Shown here in pieces: positions 9,032-18,337 of a stretch of DNA of 64,000 nucleotides. The number at the start of each line of letters is the position of its first letter. Position 1 is the first letter of the stretch. Position numbers and translations under genes: made by a program. Below the pieces are notes generated by a model, which made no database searches, had not been told where the DNA came from, and worked only from the letters and a program-made list of their open reading frames with translations. The stretch spans positions 10,281-74,280 of the forward strand of contig JBHWTK010000062.1 of NCBI GenBank assembly GCA_043427975.1, in the 5' to 3' direction. The DNA comes from Chloroflexia bacterium (GTDB lineage: Bacteria; Chloroflexota; Chloroflexia; Thermomicrobiales; UBA6265).

Positions 9032-9904
9032 TTAGCTATCACTGCGCTTCTGGAACAGCCAGTAGGTGAGCGGCATCAGCACCACCAGCGCGCCGATCCA
9101 CCACACCACGGTGAGCCAGACGGTGTTGCCAACATCCGGGTAGCCGTTCAGCAGGCCGCGGGTAGCGTTCACGCTCAGGGAGAACGGCTGGTTGGCGGCA
9201 AATCCGCGGAGCGGCCCCGGCAGGAAATCGGTACTGATGAACGCCGAGCTGATGAACGTCAGCGGCATGATCAGGCTAAAGCCGATGCTGTTGACCGCCT
9301 CTACCGTTCTTAGCGCCAGGCCAATGGCCGCGCCGATCCAGCAGAAGGTGAACGCGGTGAGCAGCATGATGCCAATTGCAGCCAGCCACTCGCCCGGGCC
9401 GGCAGTCGGGCGGAAGCCCACCGCAAACCCGACGATGATGGTTGTGGTGGTGGTGAAAATAGCGATTGCCATATCCGCCAGGATCCGCCCCAGCACCACC
9501 GAGATATGCTGCATCGGCAGGCTGCGGAAGCGATCCATCAGCCCTTCCTTCGCGTCGGTTGCCAACCCGAGGCTGGTATTCATGCCCCCGAACACGATGC
9601 CCTGCAGCAGGATACCCACCACCAGGTAGTTCACGGCGCTCACGCCTTGCGGCAGGGTCATTTGCACCGTGCCCGCGAAGATGTAGCGGAACATTAGCAG
9701 GAACATGAGCGGCATCACCGTAACGCCGATGAGCCAGTCCAGTTGACGCGGAACCCGCAGCAAGCTGCGCCATGCCAGCACCATGGAATCACCCAGTGCC
9801 TGCGCGACAGGTGATTTCGGCTGCGGAGTGAGATCGAGTGTCGTGCTGAGTTTCCCCTGCACGGCAGGCGCTTCAATCGGGGGTGAAACAGTGAGGCTAC
9901 TCAT
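9032..9904 (-). CDS. ABC-2 type exporter permease (DrrB-like)
   Basis: Multi-TM sequence. ATG 9904 (MSSLTV...) overlaps the upstream ATPase stop by 8 nt (TATGAGTAG). Confidence 0.85.
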   Translation of the reverse strand: MSSLTVSPPIEAPAVQGKLSTTLDLTPQPKSPVAQALGDSMVLAWRSLLRVPRQLDWLIGVTVMPLMFLLMFRYIFAGTVQMTLPQGVSAVNYLVVGILLQGIVFGGMNTSLGLATDAKEGLMDRFRSLPMQHISVVLGRILADMAIAIFTTTTTIIVGFAVGFRPTAGPGEWLAAIGIMLLTAFTFCWIGAAIGLALRTVEAVNSIGFSLIMPLTFISSAFISTDFLPGPLRGFAANQPFSLSVNATRGLLNGYPDVGNTVWLTVVWWIGALVVLMPLTYWLFQKRSDS

Positions 9905-10910
9905 AGCTGCCATTCTCCTGGAATCCATTCTCGGCCGCGTGGCCGGTTAGCTGCAGGAACACATCATCGAGCGTGGGGCGTCGCAGGCTGAAATCGGTGA
10001 GCTGCAAGCCCTCTTCATCCAGGCCACGAACCGCCTGTGCCAACCCGGCGGCTCCCGCCGGATAGGCGATGGTAAGCCGGCGCGTTTCCGGCTCGACCCG
10101 GACATCCGACCCTCCAACGCCCCACTTCTCACCGAGGCGCATAAGCGAGGCTTCGGCTGCGGCAAGGTCGGTATCGTCACTCACCGAGATATCCAGCCGC
10201 TCGCCGCCAAGTTGGGTTTTGAGTTCATTGGCGGTGCCCTGGGCGATCACCAGGCCGTGGTCGATCACCACGATCTCGTCGGCCAACTGGTCGGCCTCCT
10301 CCAGGTACTGGGTGGTGAGCAACACCGTGGTGCCATCGGCCACCAGGTTCCGGATCACGTGCCACATATCGTTGCGGCTGCGCGGATCCAGCCCCGTGGT
10401 CGGTTCGTCCAGCACCAGCACCGGCGGTGCCACAATCAGGCTGGCGGCAAGGTCGAGCCGGCGGCGCATACCGCCGGAGTACGTCTTCAGCATGCGGTCG
10501 CCTGCATCGGCGAGGCCAAATTGGGTTAGCAGTTCGTCGGCACGCTGGGCGGCTACGTTCCTCGGCAGCCGGTAGAGCTGCCCGAACATCTGCAGGTTCT
10601 CGCGACCGGTAAGTATCTCGTCTACGGCGGCGTACTGGCCGGAAAGGCCGATCACGCTGCGTGCCTTGTCCGGGTGGCGCAGCACATCAACGCTGGCCAC
10701 TTCCACCTCGCCGGCATCCGGCTTCAGGAGCGTGGTCAGGATCCGCACGGCGGTTGTTTTGCCGGCTCCGTTCGGCCCCAGCATGCCCAGCACCGTGCCG
10801 GTTCGTACGGTGATATCCACGCCCTTCAGCGCTTCGGTTTCCCCGTACCTCTTTTTCAGGCCCCTGGCCCGTACGGCGTAGTCGCCGCTGAACATATGGT
10901 GTTGTGCCAT
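9897..10910 (-). CDS. ABC exporter ATP-binding protein (DrrA-like)
   Basis: Walker A GPNGAGKTT, signature YSGGMRRRL, Walker B LVLDEPTTGLD. Start at ATG 10910 (MAQHHMF) preceded by GGGAGG. Confidence 0.9.
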   Translation of the reverse strand: MAQHHMFSGDYAVRARGLKKRYGETEALKGVDITVRTGTVLGMLGPNGAGKTTAVRILTTLLKPDAGEVEVASVDVLRHPDKARSVIGLSGQYAAVDEILTGRENLQMFGQLYRLPRNVAAQRADELLTQFGLADAGDRMLKTYSGGMRRRLDLAASLIVAPPVLVLDEPTTGLDPRSRNDMWHVIRNLVADGTTVLLTTQYLEEADQLADEIVVIDHGLVIAQGTANELKTQLGGERLDISVSDDTDLAAAEASLMRLGEKWGVGGSDVRVEPETRRLTIAYPAGAAGLAQAVRGLDEEGLQLTDFSLRRPTLDDVFLQLTGHAAENGFQENGSYE

Positions 10911-11096
10911 AAGTCCTCCCTCGTCTGATCTCCGCACCGCTGAAATACCGGCCCGAAGTATAACGCTCAATGTCAACCAGATCGTCCGCACCGTGCCGGC
11001 GCGGTACCATGGACAGTAATGGCCGCCCCATCCCTGGGCTGCCCCGCCATGATGCACGGTGAGGTGGACAGTTCACTTCCTCATTCTTGCGCTGGC

Positions 11097-11183
11097 AATA
11101 TTCCGCTGCGGGAGCCTGCGGGCTGAGAGGGCGAGCGATCGCCGACCGCCAACCTGATCCGGGTCATGCCGGCGTAGGAAATG
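11097..11183 (+). promoter_or_regulatory. TPP (THI-box) riboswitch
   Basis: GGGAGCC..GGCTGAGAGG-(hairpin GGCGAGCGATCGCC)-GACCGCCAACCTGATCCGGGTCATGCCGGCGTAGGAA matches the conserved CUGAGA and ACCUGAUCnGGnUnAUGCCnGCGnAGGGA cores. The 3' P1 strand contains the AGGAAA upstream of ATG 11186. Confidence 0.85.
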
Positions 11184-11185
11184 CG

Positions 11186-11965
11186 ATGACACCCATCCTT
11201 CACATCACCGATCTCGGGGCCACCTATATGGAAGATGGCCGCGAACTGCTGGCCCTGCAACACGTGAACCTGCACGTGAACAAGGGCGAGTTCGTGTGCC
11301 TTATCGGCCCATCCGGCAGCGGTAAAAGCACGTTGCTGGATATCATCTCAGGGCTGTTCGCCGAAACGCACGGCATGGTTGCGATCGATGGCCGCCAACT
11401 CGCGCCAGCGCAACGTCCCGGTGCCACCAGCTACATGCGCCAGCGCGATTTGCTGATGCCCTGGCGCACCGCCCTGGAGAACGCCGCCCTCGCGCTGGAA
11501 GTCCACGGGGTACCGCTGAACGAGGCACGCAAACGGGCCGCCGAGCGCTTTGAGGAGTTCGGCCTGGCGGGATTTGAGGATCGCTACCCCTCGCAGCTCA
11601 GTGGCGGCATGCGCCAGCGGGTTGCCTTCCTGCGTACCGTGCTGGCGGATCGCGACCTGCTGATGCTCGATGAGCCGTTCGGCGCGCTGGATGCACTCAA
11701 TCGCGCCACGCTGCAGCAATGGCTGGTGCGCCTGTGGGAGCACGAAGGACAGGGTGTGCTGATGGTGACGCACGATGTCGACGAGGCGGTGTTCCTTGCC
11801 GATCGCGTGATCGTGCTCTCGGCCCGGCCGGGAACCATCATCCATGAGGAGGAAATCTCGCTGCCCCGGCCCCGCACACGCCCCATGATTACGAGCCCGG
11901 CGTTCCTGGCCCACCGTGCTGTCCTGATGGATGCCCTTGGCTTGCTGGAAGGCGGTGTCGCATGA
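11186..11965 (+). CDS. ABC transporter ATP-binding protein (NitT/TauT family, ThiZ-like)
   Basis: MTPILHITDLGATY..., Walker A GPSGSGKST, signature LSGGMRQRV, Walker B LMLDEPFGALD. Lies directly downstream of the TPP riboswitch. Confidence 0.9.
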   Translation: MTPILHITDLGATYMEDGRELLALQHVNLHVNKGEFVCLIGPSGSGKSTLLDIISGLFAETHGMVAIDGRQLAPAQRPGATSYMRQRDLLMPWRTALENAALALEVHGVPLNEARKRAAERFEEFGLAGFEDRYPSQLSGGMRQRVAFLRTVLADRDLLMLDEPFGALDALNRATLQQWLVRLWEHEGQGVLMVTHDVDEAVFLADRVIVLSARPGTIIHEEEISLPRPRTRPMITSPAFLAHRAVLMDALGLLEGGVA

Positions 11966-12726
11966 GCGATCGACTTGCCCGCGTGCTGGGTCCTGCGCTG
12001 GTGCTGCTGGTGCTTACCGGCATCTGGGAACTCTGGGTGCACCTCGCCGATACGCCGCGATGGATGCTGCCCGCCCCGAGCGATATTGCCGAGTCGTTCA
12101 GGTCCGATTATGAACTGCTGGCCCACCACACCTGGGTGACGCTGCAGGAAGTGGTGATCGGGTTCGGGATCGCGCTGCTGGCCGGGCTGCTCACCGGGAT
12201 CGCCATCGATAGCTCCCGCATCATCGAACGCGCGCTGTACCCACTCCTGATCGCCAGCCAAACCATCCCGATGGTGGTGCTGGCCCCGCTGTTCCTTATC
12301 TGGTTTGGTTACGGGCTGTTGCCGAAGGTGCTCATCACCGCGCTGGTCGCCTATTTCCCGCTGGCAGTAAACACCGTGGACGGCCTCAAGAGCACCGACC
12401 GCGAACTGATGCGGCTGCTGCGCTCCATGGGAGCGAGTCGGTGGCAAATCTTCCGCCTGGCACGGGTGCCTTCGGCGTTGCCGCACATCTTCGGCGGCGC
12501 GCGCATCTCGGTGGCGTTTTCGGTGATAGGCGCGGTGTTCGGCGAGTTCGTCGGTGCCCGGGCAGGCCTCGGTTACCTGATGGACCGCTCGGCACCGCAG
12601 TTCGAGACACCGCGTGTCTTCGCCTGCATTGTCATCCTCGCGCTCATGGGTGTGTCGCTCTTCCTGCTCGTGTCGCTGGTAGAGCGCCTTGCCCTTCCAT
12701 GGCGCCGGTATATTGCTGAATCGTGA
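11962..12726 (+). CDS. ABC transporter permease (NitT/TauT family, ThiX-like)
   Basis: ATGA start/stop overlap with the ATPase gene. Six-TM BPD-type permease sequence. Confidence 0.9.
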   Translation: MSDRLARVLGPALVLLVLTGIWELWVHLADTPRWMLPAPSDIAESFRSDYELLAHHTWVTLQEVVIGFGIALLAGLLTGIAIDSSRIIERALYPLLIASQTIPMVVLAPLFLIWFGYGLLPKVLITALVAYFPLAVNTVDGLKSTDRELMRLLRSMGASRWQIFRLARVPSALPHIFGGARISVAFSVIGAVFGEFVGARAGLGYLMDRSAPQFETPRVFACIVILALMGVSLFLLVSLVERLALPWRRYIAES

Positions 12727-12734
12727 GGTAAATC

Positions 12735-13400
12735 ATGTCCACATCCCGTCATCTTCGCGCTGTTGCCAGTGACATCTGGGAGGCGCAGCATCGGCATCCG
12801 TTTGTTACCGGTATCGGCGATGGTTCGCTTGAACTCGATCGTTTCCGTTTCTGGTTGCGGCAGGACTACCTCTATCTCGTTGATTATGCCCGGCTATTCG
12901 GGGCAGCGATGCTTAAGGCGCCGACACTTGAACTGATGACAACCATGGCGCGGCTCGGCCACGAGATTCTTCATACGGAAATGGACCTGCATCGCAGCTA
13001 TATGGGCGAGTTCGGTATTTCCGCGAGCCAGCTGGAATCCGAAATCAAGGCACCTACATGCCAGGGCTATACCGATTTCCTTCTCCGTACCGCGACCGTC
13101 GGTGACTTTTCAGAGTTGATGGGCGCCTTACTGCCCTGCATATGGGGTTACGGCGAAGTAGGTGAGCGTCTCGCGGCCCGTGGCTATCCGGACGATGAGC
13201 GCTTTCGCCGCTGGATTGAGATGTACGCCAGCGAGGAGTTCCAGCAGCTGGGCGCGTGGTGCCGCGACGCGACGGATGCGGTGTGCGAAGGGCTTCCATC
13301 CGAGGCAATGAAGCGGGTGGAGGAAGCGTTCATTATATCCAGCCGGTACGAACTCGCCTTCTGGGAAATGGCGTGGAAGGGTGAATCCTGGATGGGATAA
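12735..13400 (+). CDS. tenA: thiaminase II / aminopyrimidine aminohydrolase
   Basis: WEAQHRHPFVTGIGDGSLELDRFRFWLRQDYLYLVDYARLF is typical TenA family sequence, 221 aa. Confidence 0.9.
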   Translation: MSTSRHLRAVASDIWEAQHRHPFVTGIGDGSLELDRFRFWLRQDYLYLVDYARLFGAAMLKAPTLELMTTMARLGHEILHTEMDLHRSYMGEFGISASQLESEIKAPTCQGYTDFLLRTATVGDFSELMGALLPCIWGYGEVGERLAARGYPDDERFRRWIEMYASEEFQQLGAWCRDATDAVCEGLPSEAMKRVEEAFIISSRYELAFWEMAWKGESWMG

Positions 13401-13735
13401 TGGGCATATCGACAGCACCTGTCGCATACGATATGACCGTACGTACGCCAAAATCCGCCGCAACAGCCGTAGCGATGCGGGAAATCCCCTCATGCGGTCG
13501 TGCAACTAGTTGCGCCGGTGTTTGTGACTGTTGTAATGTGACACATACCGATGACGAAGTGAGCGATTTCTTGGCTGGAGTCATGCTCGCAGAACGTCTT
13601 ATTGGTACCTCACACACCCCGCTTTTTTCATCTTTGTGTGAGGTCAGGTACGCGCTTGCACCTTCGGAGGGGAGGGTAAGTGCTCACGAGGAGTTCCGTA
13701 CCGTGTCTGTTTCCGCATCGCCGGCACCACGTTCA

Positions 13736-15091
13736 ATGTGGTCGCCGTTTTATCGTGCCCTCACCCTGGTGGTGATGTTTGGCATGGTATTTGGTGGCCT
13801 TGTTTTGGCCCAACCGCAACACGCCAGCGCGCAATCCGCCGCTGTCACGACCGATTACCTGAACCTGCGCGCCGAGCCGAATACCGACGCTGGCATTATC
13901 AGCGTGATGCCGCCCGGCGCGTCCATCACGGTGACCGGCGGTGGCCAGAACGGCTTCCTGCCGGTGACCCATGGCGGCAACTCCGGCTGGGCACATGGCG
14001 ACTGGATTTCCGTCGGTGGCTCTGCCCCGTCGGCTCCTGCACCTGGTCCTACCGGCACCGCGTACGTCATTGATGGAGCGCTCAACCTGCGCAGTGGCCC
14101 GAGCACGGGTAACTCCGTGATTACGGTGATGCCGGATGGCGCCCAGGTGAGCCTGAGCGGTCAGTCGTCGGGCGGATTCCTCTCGGTTGTCTACAACGGC
14201 ACCAGCGGCTGGGCCCATGGCGATTACCTTCGCACCGGCGGCAGCGCCCCGGCACCGGCACCGTCGCAGCCGGCTCCATCCAACCCGGGTGTGGGCGATA
14301 CCGTGATCGGCACCATGGTGACCACCGATTCGCTGAACATGCGCAGCGGCCCCAGCACCAGCAACGGCATTATCACCACCATCCCGCGCGGCGTTACCGT
14401 GGAACTGATGGGCAGCGCCAGCGGCCCGTGGTACCCGATCCGCCACGCCGGCAACAAGGGCTGGAGCCATGGCGACTGGCTCACCAGCGGTTCGACCGCG
14501 GCGCCTGCGCCTGCCCCGAGCCAACCGGCCCCGACGCCTGCACCGAGCCAACCGGCCCCGGCCCCTGGCGCGGCACCGATTGGTGATACCGTGGTTGGCA
14601 CCATGTATGTCTCCACCGGCCTCAACCTGCGCAACGGCCCGTCCACCAGCAACAGCGTGCTTGTGGTGATGCCGGCTGGTGCCACCGTGAGCGTGATGGG
14701 CGATGCGGTAAACGGCTGGTACCCGCTGACGTTCCACGGCACCAAGGGCTGGGCATCCAGCGAGTACCTGCAGGCCAGCGCGCCGAGCCTGCCGACCCCG
14801 CCGAGCGGCAGCGCCTACACGCGTGACGAGATTATCCAGATCATCTACGCCGCCGCCGACAAGTACGGCCAGCCGCGCGCCGATATGCTGCGCGTCGCCC
14901 AGTGCGAAAGCGTGCTGGACCCGAACGCAGTCAACCCGTACAGCGGTGCCAGCGGCCTGTTCCAGTTCATGCCGAGCACGTTTGCCTTCACCCCGTTCGC
15001 GGGCCAGGATATCTTCGATCCTGTGGTGAACGCGAACGCCGCCGGCTGGATGTGGCAGAACGGCATGCGCAACCACTGGGTCTGCCAGTAG
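13736..15091 (+). CDS. secreted cell wall hydrolase: four SH3b repeats plus a C-terminal SLT-type lytic transglycosylase domain
   Basis: Signal/TM WSPFYRALTLVVMFGMVFGGLVLAQPQHASA. Four repeats of LN(L/M)R..P(S/N)T....I..(M/I)P.GA.V...G.....(F/W).....G..GWAHGD(W/Y). C-terminus AQCESVLDPNAVNPYSGASGLFQFMPSTF. Start is uncertain: ATG 13736, or GTG 13703 after GAGGAG. Confidence 0.85.
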   Translation: MWSPFYRALTLVVMFGMVFGGLVLAQPQHASAQSAAVTTDYLNLRAEPNTDAGIISVMPPGASITVTGGGQNGFLPVTHGGNSGWAHGDWISVGGSAPSAPAPGPTGTAYVIDGALNLRSGPSTGNSVITVMPDGAQVSLSGQSSGGFLSVVYNGTSGWAHGDYLRTGGSAPAPAPSQPAPSNPGVGDTVIGTMVTTDSLNMRSGPSTSNGIITTIPRGVTVELMGSASGPWYPIRHAGNKGWSHGDWLTSGSTAAPAPAPSQPAPTPAPSQPAPAPGAAPIGDTVVGTMYVSTGLNLRNGPSTSNSVLVVMPAGATVSVMGDAVNGWYPLTFHGTKGWASSEYLQASAPSLPTPPSGSAYTRDEIIQIIYAAADKYGQPRADMLRVAQCESVLDPNAVNPYSGASGLFQFMPSTFAFTPFAGQDIFDPVVNANAAGWMWQNGMRNHWVCQ

Positions 15092-15112
15092 CGAAAGCAT
15101 TCTAGAATGCAG

Positions 15113-15146
15113 GCCCGCACCTCTTAAAGGGGGTGCGGGCTTTTCG
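15113..15146 (+). terminator. rho-independent terminator
   Basis: GCCCGCACC / GGTGCGGGC stem followed by TTTTCG. Confidence 0.8.
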
Positions 15147-15180
15147 TTGGCAACGCATGCCACCGACGCGCCGATCGGAA

Positions 15181-15344
15181 CCTGCACTATCGTTTCCACG
15201 TAGCCCCGGGCCTTGTGCCCGGGGTGGGAGACCGGATGGCATGACAACCGCTATGCCACCACGCCCGCACCAGTGGCACGCTTAGCTGCTCCCCTTCGCC
15301 TTGCTCGGGGTTCGGCCACCTTGGGCCGCTACGTGAAGTGCAGG
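15181..15344. repeat. REP-like unit bracketed by a long-range inverted repeat
   Basis: CCTGCACT..CACGTAGC (15181..15204) is the reverse complement of GCTACGTG.AGTGCAGG (15328..15344). Inside lies GTAG+CCCCGGGCcttgtGCCCGGGG (15200..15225). Confidence 0.6.
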
Positions 15345-15433
15345 ACTACATTTAGGTGGCTATCCCGGTAGCCGCCCGCCTACAATGGGCCTTGCCCAGT
15401 TCCGGGCCAACGCCGACTCACCGAGAACTGTTC

Positions 15434-16126
15434 ATGACCACACCCCAACCCGATATCTTCCGAAGCACCGGCTCCACCTGGTTTAGCGCCATCGTGGCGC
15501 TCTATGTCGCCGCGCTGATCACCGCCAACACCGTGGCTGTCAGCGTGCTCGACCTCGGCCCGTTCGCCGCAGATGCCGGCACGCTGACCTTCCCGATTGC
15601 CTATATCGTGGGCGATGTGCTCACCGAGGTGTACGGCTTTCGCATTGCCCGCCGCGTGATCTGGCTTGGGTTTATCTGCAACCTCTTTGCGGTGGGTGTC
15701 TACCAGCTATCCATGCAATTCCCCACGCATAACGATCCGGCATTCGATAGCGGATTCCAGATGGTGTTTGCCAACACGCCGCGCATCCTCGCCGCCAGCA
15801 TGGTGGCGTACCTTGTTGGCTCGTTCGTGAATGCAGCGGTGATGAGTCGCCTCAAGGTGCGCACGCAGGGCAAGTACCTGTGGCTGCGCACCATCGGCTC
15901 GACCCTGGCCGGCCAGGGGCTGGATACCGTGGTGTTCGTGCTGATCGCCTTTGCCGGTGTGTTCCCCAACCAAGTGGTGTGGGAAATGGTGTACACCAAC
16001 TGGATCATCAAGATCGGTATTGAGGTACTGGCCACGCCGGTCACCTACCGGGTGATCTCGCTGTTCAAGCGCAAGGAGGGTGTGGATGTGTACGATACCC
16101 ACACCAGCCTGAGCCCGATCGGCTAA
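15434..16126 (+). CDS. YhhQ/VUT family (queuosine precursor) transporter
   Basis: MTTPQPDIF...ALYVAALITANTVAVSV...TLTFPIAYIVGDVLTEVYGF is DUF165/YhhQ-like multi-TM sequence. ATG 15434. Confidence 0.8.
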   Translation: MTTPQPDIFRSTGSTWFSAIVALYVAALITANTVAVSVLDLGPFAADAGTLTFPIAYIVGDVLTEVYGFRIARRVIWLGFICNLFAVGVYQLSMQFPTHNDPAFDSGFQMVFANTPRILAASMVAYLVGSFVNAAVMSRLKVRTQGKYLWLRTIGSTLAGQGLDTVVFVLIAFAGVFPNQVVWEMVYTNWIIKIGIEVLATPVTYRVISLFKRKEGVDVYDTHTSLSPIG

Positions 16127-16197
16127 CGTTTGCGGGAACGGGTATTGTCGGGTGAAATAGGGTGACATCAATCGCCCGCCAAAGGAGCCCGTACCTC

Positions 16198-17607
16198 ATG
16201 ACCGATATCAACCCGTCGCTGATCAACTGGCCGCACGAGCGACCGCCCTACGCAAACCTTGCCGCCGCCGTCCAGGGCGAAAACGCCCGCTGGAACGCGG
16301 TTGGGCTGGCTGCGGGCATGGTTCGGGCCGGCGAGCGCACCATCAGTGTCACCGGCTTCGCCAACGCCGAGGCCGGCTACCCGATGCGCGAGAACAGCCT
16401 CTTCCTGATCGGCTCGATCTCCAAAATCTATACCGCCACCCTGGTGATGAAGCTGGTCGAAGAGGGACTGCTTGATCTCGATACGCCGGTAGTGCAGTAC
16501 ATTCCCGATTTCAAACTCAGCCACGATGATGTCCGCGATGCCATCACCATGCGGATGCTGCTCAGCCACACGTCCGGCTTCGATGGCGACCGCTTCACCG
16601 AATACGGGCGTGGCGACGATTCCTACCAGCGCGCTATCGATGAGTTCCATTCCCTCATCCAGTGGTTCCGGCCGGGCAGCTTTTACAGCTACAACAACGC
16701 CGGGTTCTACCTGGCAGGGCACATCATCCAGAAACTCACCGGGGATTCGTTCGAAAAGGTGATGACCGATCGCATCATCGCCCCAATGGGCCTGAAAGAC
16801 ACGATCCTGCTTGCCGATGATGCGATCAACCGCGCGATCGCCGCGGGCCACGTTGTGGATCGGGTGAATGGTGTCAGCCTCAGCACGGCGCGCCACCTGC
16901 CCCGGCATGCCAACCCGGCGGGCGGGGTGATGCAATCCATCGGCGATTTGCTCACCTTCGCGCAGATGCACCTGAACCTGGGTGAAGTGAACGGCACGCG
17001 CATTATCAGTCGGGAAAGCGCGCAGCAGATGCAGCAACCGCAGGTCGAGGCAGATACCTACGATCGGCACTACGGCATCGGCTGGAGCATCTTCCAGCGA
17101 CCGGGCGGTACGAGTATTGGCCACGGTGGTGCCTGGGGCGGGCATCGTGCCAACCTTATCCTCGTGCCGAAGCACAATTTCGCCCACGCCTGCCTCGGCA
17201 ACAGCAACATGTCCATCTACGCGTACCAGTCGCTGGAAGACTGGGTGCTGGAGCACGAATTGCATATCTCCAAACCCCGGCCGCAGGCTACCACCCTCAG
17301 TCCGCTCGAGCTGGATGCCTACACCGGCACCTACACCCGCCACGATTCCCGGTTTGTGGTTACCCGTACCGATACCGGCTTGCGCCTGACCGTGACGGAT
17401 ATCGATGAGGATACCGGCGAGGAGCAGGACCAGCCGCGCCTGTTCGACCTCGAGCCGCTGGAAGCAGGCCGGTTCCGCGTTACCAGCCCGGAAAGCCGCG
17501 ATGCCACGGTCGATTTCCGGCCGGTTCCCGATGCCGGAGGCACCTCGCGCGATTTGCTGCGCATCTGGGGGCGTGTAGCCGCACGATCGGCACAGGGAGG
17601 AGCGTAG
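16198..17607 (+). CDS. serine hydrolase, beta-lactamase/PBP4*-like family
   Basis: S-x-x-K motif GSISKIYTA, YSYNNAG (Y-x-N), HGGAWGG. ATG 16198 preceded by AAAGGAG. Confidence 0.85.
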   Translation: MTDINPSLINWPHERPPYANLAAAVQGENARWNAVGLAAGMVRAGERTISVTGFANAEAGYPMRENSLFLIGSISKIYTATLVMKLVEEGLLDLDTPVVQYIPDFKLSHDDVRDAITMRMLLSHTSGFDGDRFTEYGRGDDSYQRAIDEFHSLIQWFRPGSFYSYNNAGFYLAGHIIQKLTGDSFEKVMTDRIIAPMGLKDTILLADDAINRAIAAGHVVDRVNGVSLSTARHLPRHANPAGGVMQSIGDLLTFAQMHLNLGEVNGTRIISRESAQQMQQPQVEADTYDRHYGIGWSIFQRPGGTSIGHGGAWGGHRANLILVPKHNFAHACLGNSNMSIYAYQSLEDWVLEHELHISKPRPQATTLSPLELDAYTGTYTRHDSRFVVTRTDTGLRLTVTDIDEDTGEEQDQPRLFDLEPLEAGRFRVTSPESRDATVDFRPVPDAGGTSRDLLRIWGRVAARSAQGGA

Positions 17608-17608
17608 C

Positions 17609-18304
17609 GTGAGCCAGCCATCAGCGGAGGAAATCGAAGCGCGCCTGGCGACCTTCCTCACCAGTCGCCTGGATACCTGGCCACCCGCCGCACCGCTGGA
17701 GTTGCGCGCCTGCCATCTGCGGGAGTTGCCGCGCTGGGATGGCAAGATCGTGCCCTTCCTTGGCATTGAGAGTCCGCACGGGACGGTTATCACGTACTCG
17801 CCGACGATTTTCCCTACTGCCTCCACATTGGACCCGATGACGGTGGAGGACGAGCTGGGAACGTCCGATGCGCACATCACCATCCCGGCACTCTTCGGCC
17901 ACCCGGAAATGCACTTTGGCCGGGGGGTGTTCCGCTATCTCAGTGAATTTGTTGACCTGCCCGAGATCGGAGAGTGGGTAAGCCCCGCCGATTCCCGCCT
18001 GCCGGCCTGGCTACGCCCATTTAACGGTGGTGTGCTGGTGCACTGGGCTGACGATGGCAGCTATGCCGCCGGGGTGGGCCTGAAGCAGCACAACGAACAC
18101 GGCATGGAGATTTCGGTGGGAACCGATCCCGCCCATCGCGGCAAGGGACTTGCACAGGCACTGGTAGCCCAGTCGGCACGTGCTATCTGGGAGCGTGGGG
18201 CAATTCCCATGTACCTGCACGGCACGCATAATGCTGCCTCCGCACGGGTGGCGGAGAAATCCGGATTCCCGGATCGCGGCTGGCATATCATTGAAATGGC
18301 GTAA
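17609..18304 (+). CDS. GNAT family acetyltransferase with an N-terminal extension
   Basis: GTG start 2 nt after the preceding stop. Acetyl-CoA motif HRGKGLAQALV and NAASARVAEKSGF at the C-terminus. Confidence 0.7.
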   Translation: MSQPSAEEIEARLATFLTSRLDTWPPAAPLELRACHLRELPRWDGKIVPFLGIESPHGTVITYSPTIFPTASTLDPMTVEDELGTSDAHITIPALFGHPEMHFGRGVFRYLSEFVDLPEIGEWVSPADSRLPAWLRPFNGGVLVHWADDGSYAAGVGLKQHNEHGMEISVGTDPAHRGKGLAQALVAQSARAIWERGAIPMYLHGTHNAASARVAEKSGFPDRGWHIIEMA

Positions 18305-18337
18305 TCGCCCAATCGACACACGTACCAGGAAGCCAGC

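Noticed and set aside
13376-13432. c-di-AMP (ydaO) riboswitch upstream of the cell wall hydrolase
   Set aside because: I noticed GGGTGAATCC and CGACAGC, which echo conserved ydaO segments. However, they straddle the tenA stop codon (the first is inside conserved TenA coding sequence), their spacing is too short, and the other conserved blocks are missing. Only cmsearch with RF00379 could revive this.
13733-15247. 504-aa minus-strand ORF
   Set aside because: Antisense of the SH3b-SLT gene. Arg/Gly/Ala-rich shadow.
15345-15433. preQ1 riboswitch upstream of the YhhQ-like transporter
   Set aside because: A small hairpin (GGCTAtcccgGTAGCC) followed by CCTACAATGGG is present. The conserved preQ1-I loop and A-rich tail (…AAAAAACUA…) are not recognisable.
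16168-17883. 571-aa minus-strand ORF
   Set aside because: Antisense of the serine hydrolase and GNAT genes, which carry clear catalytic motifs.
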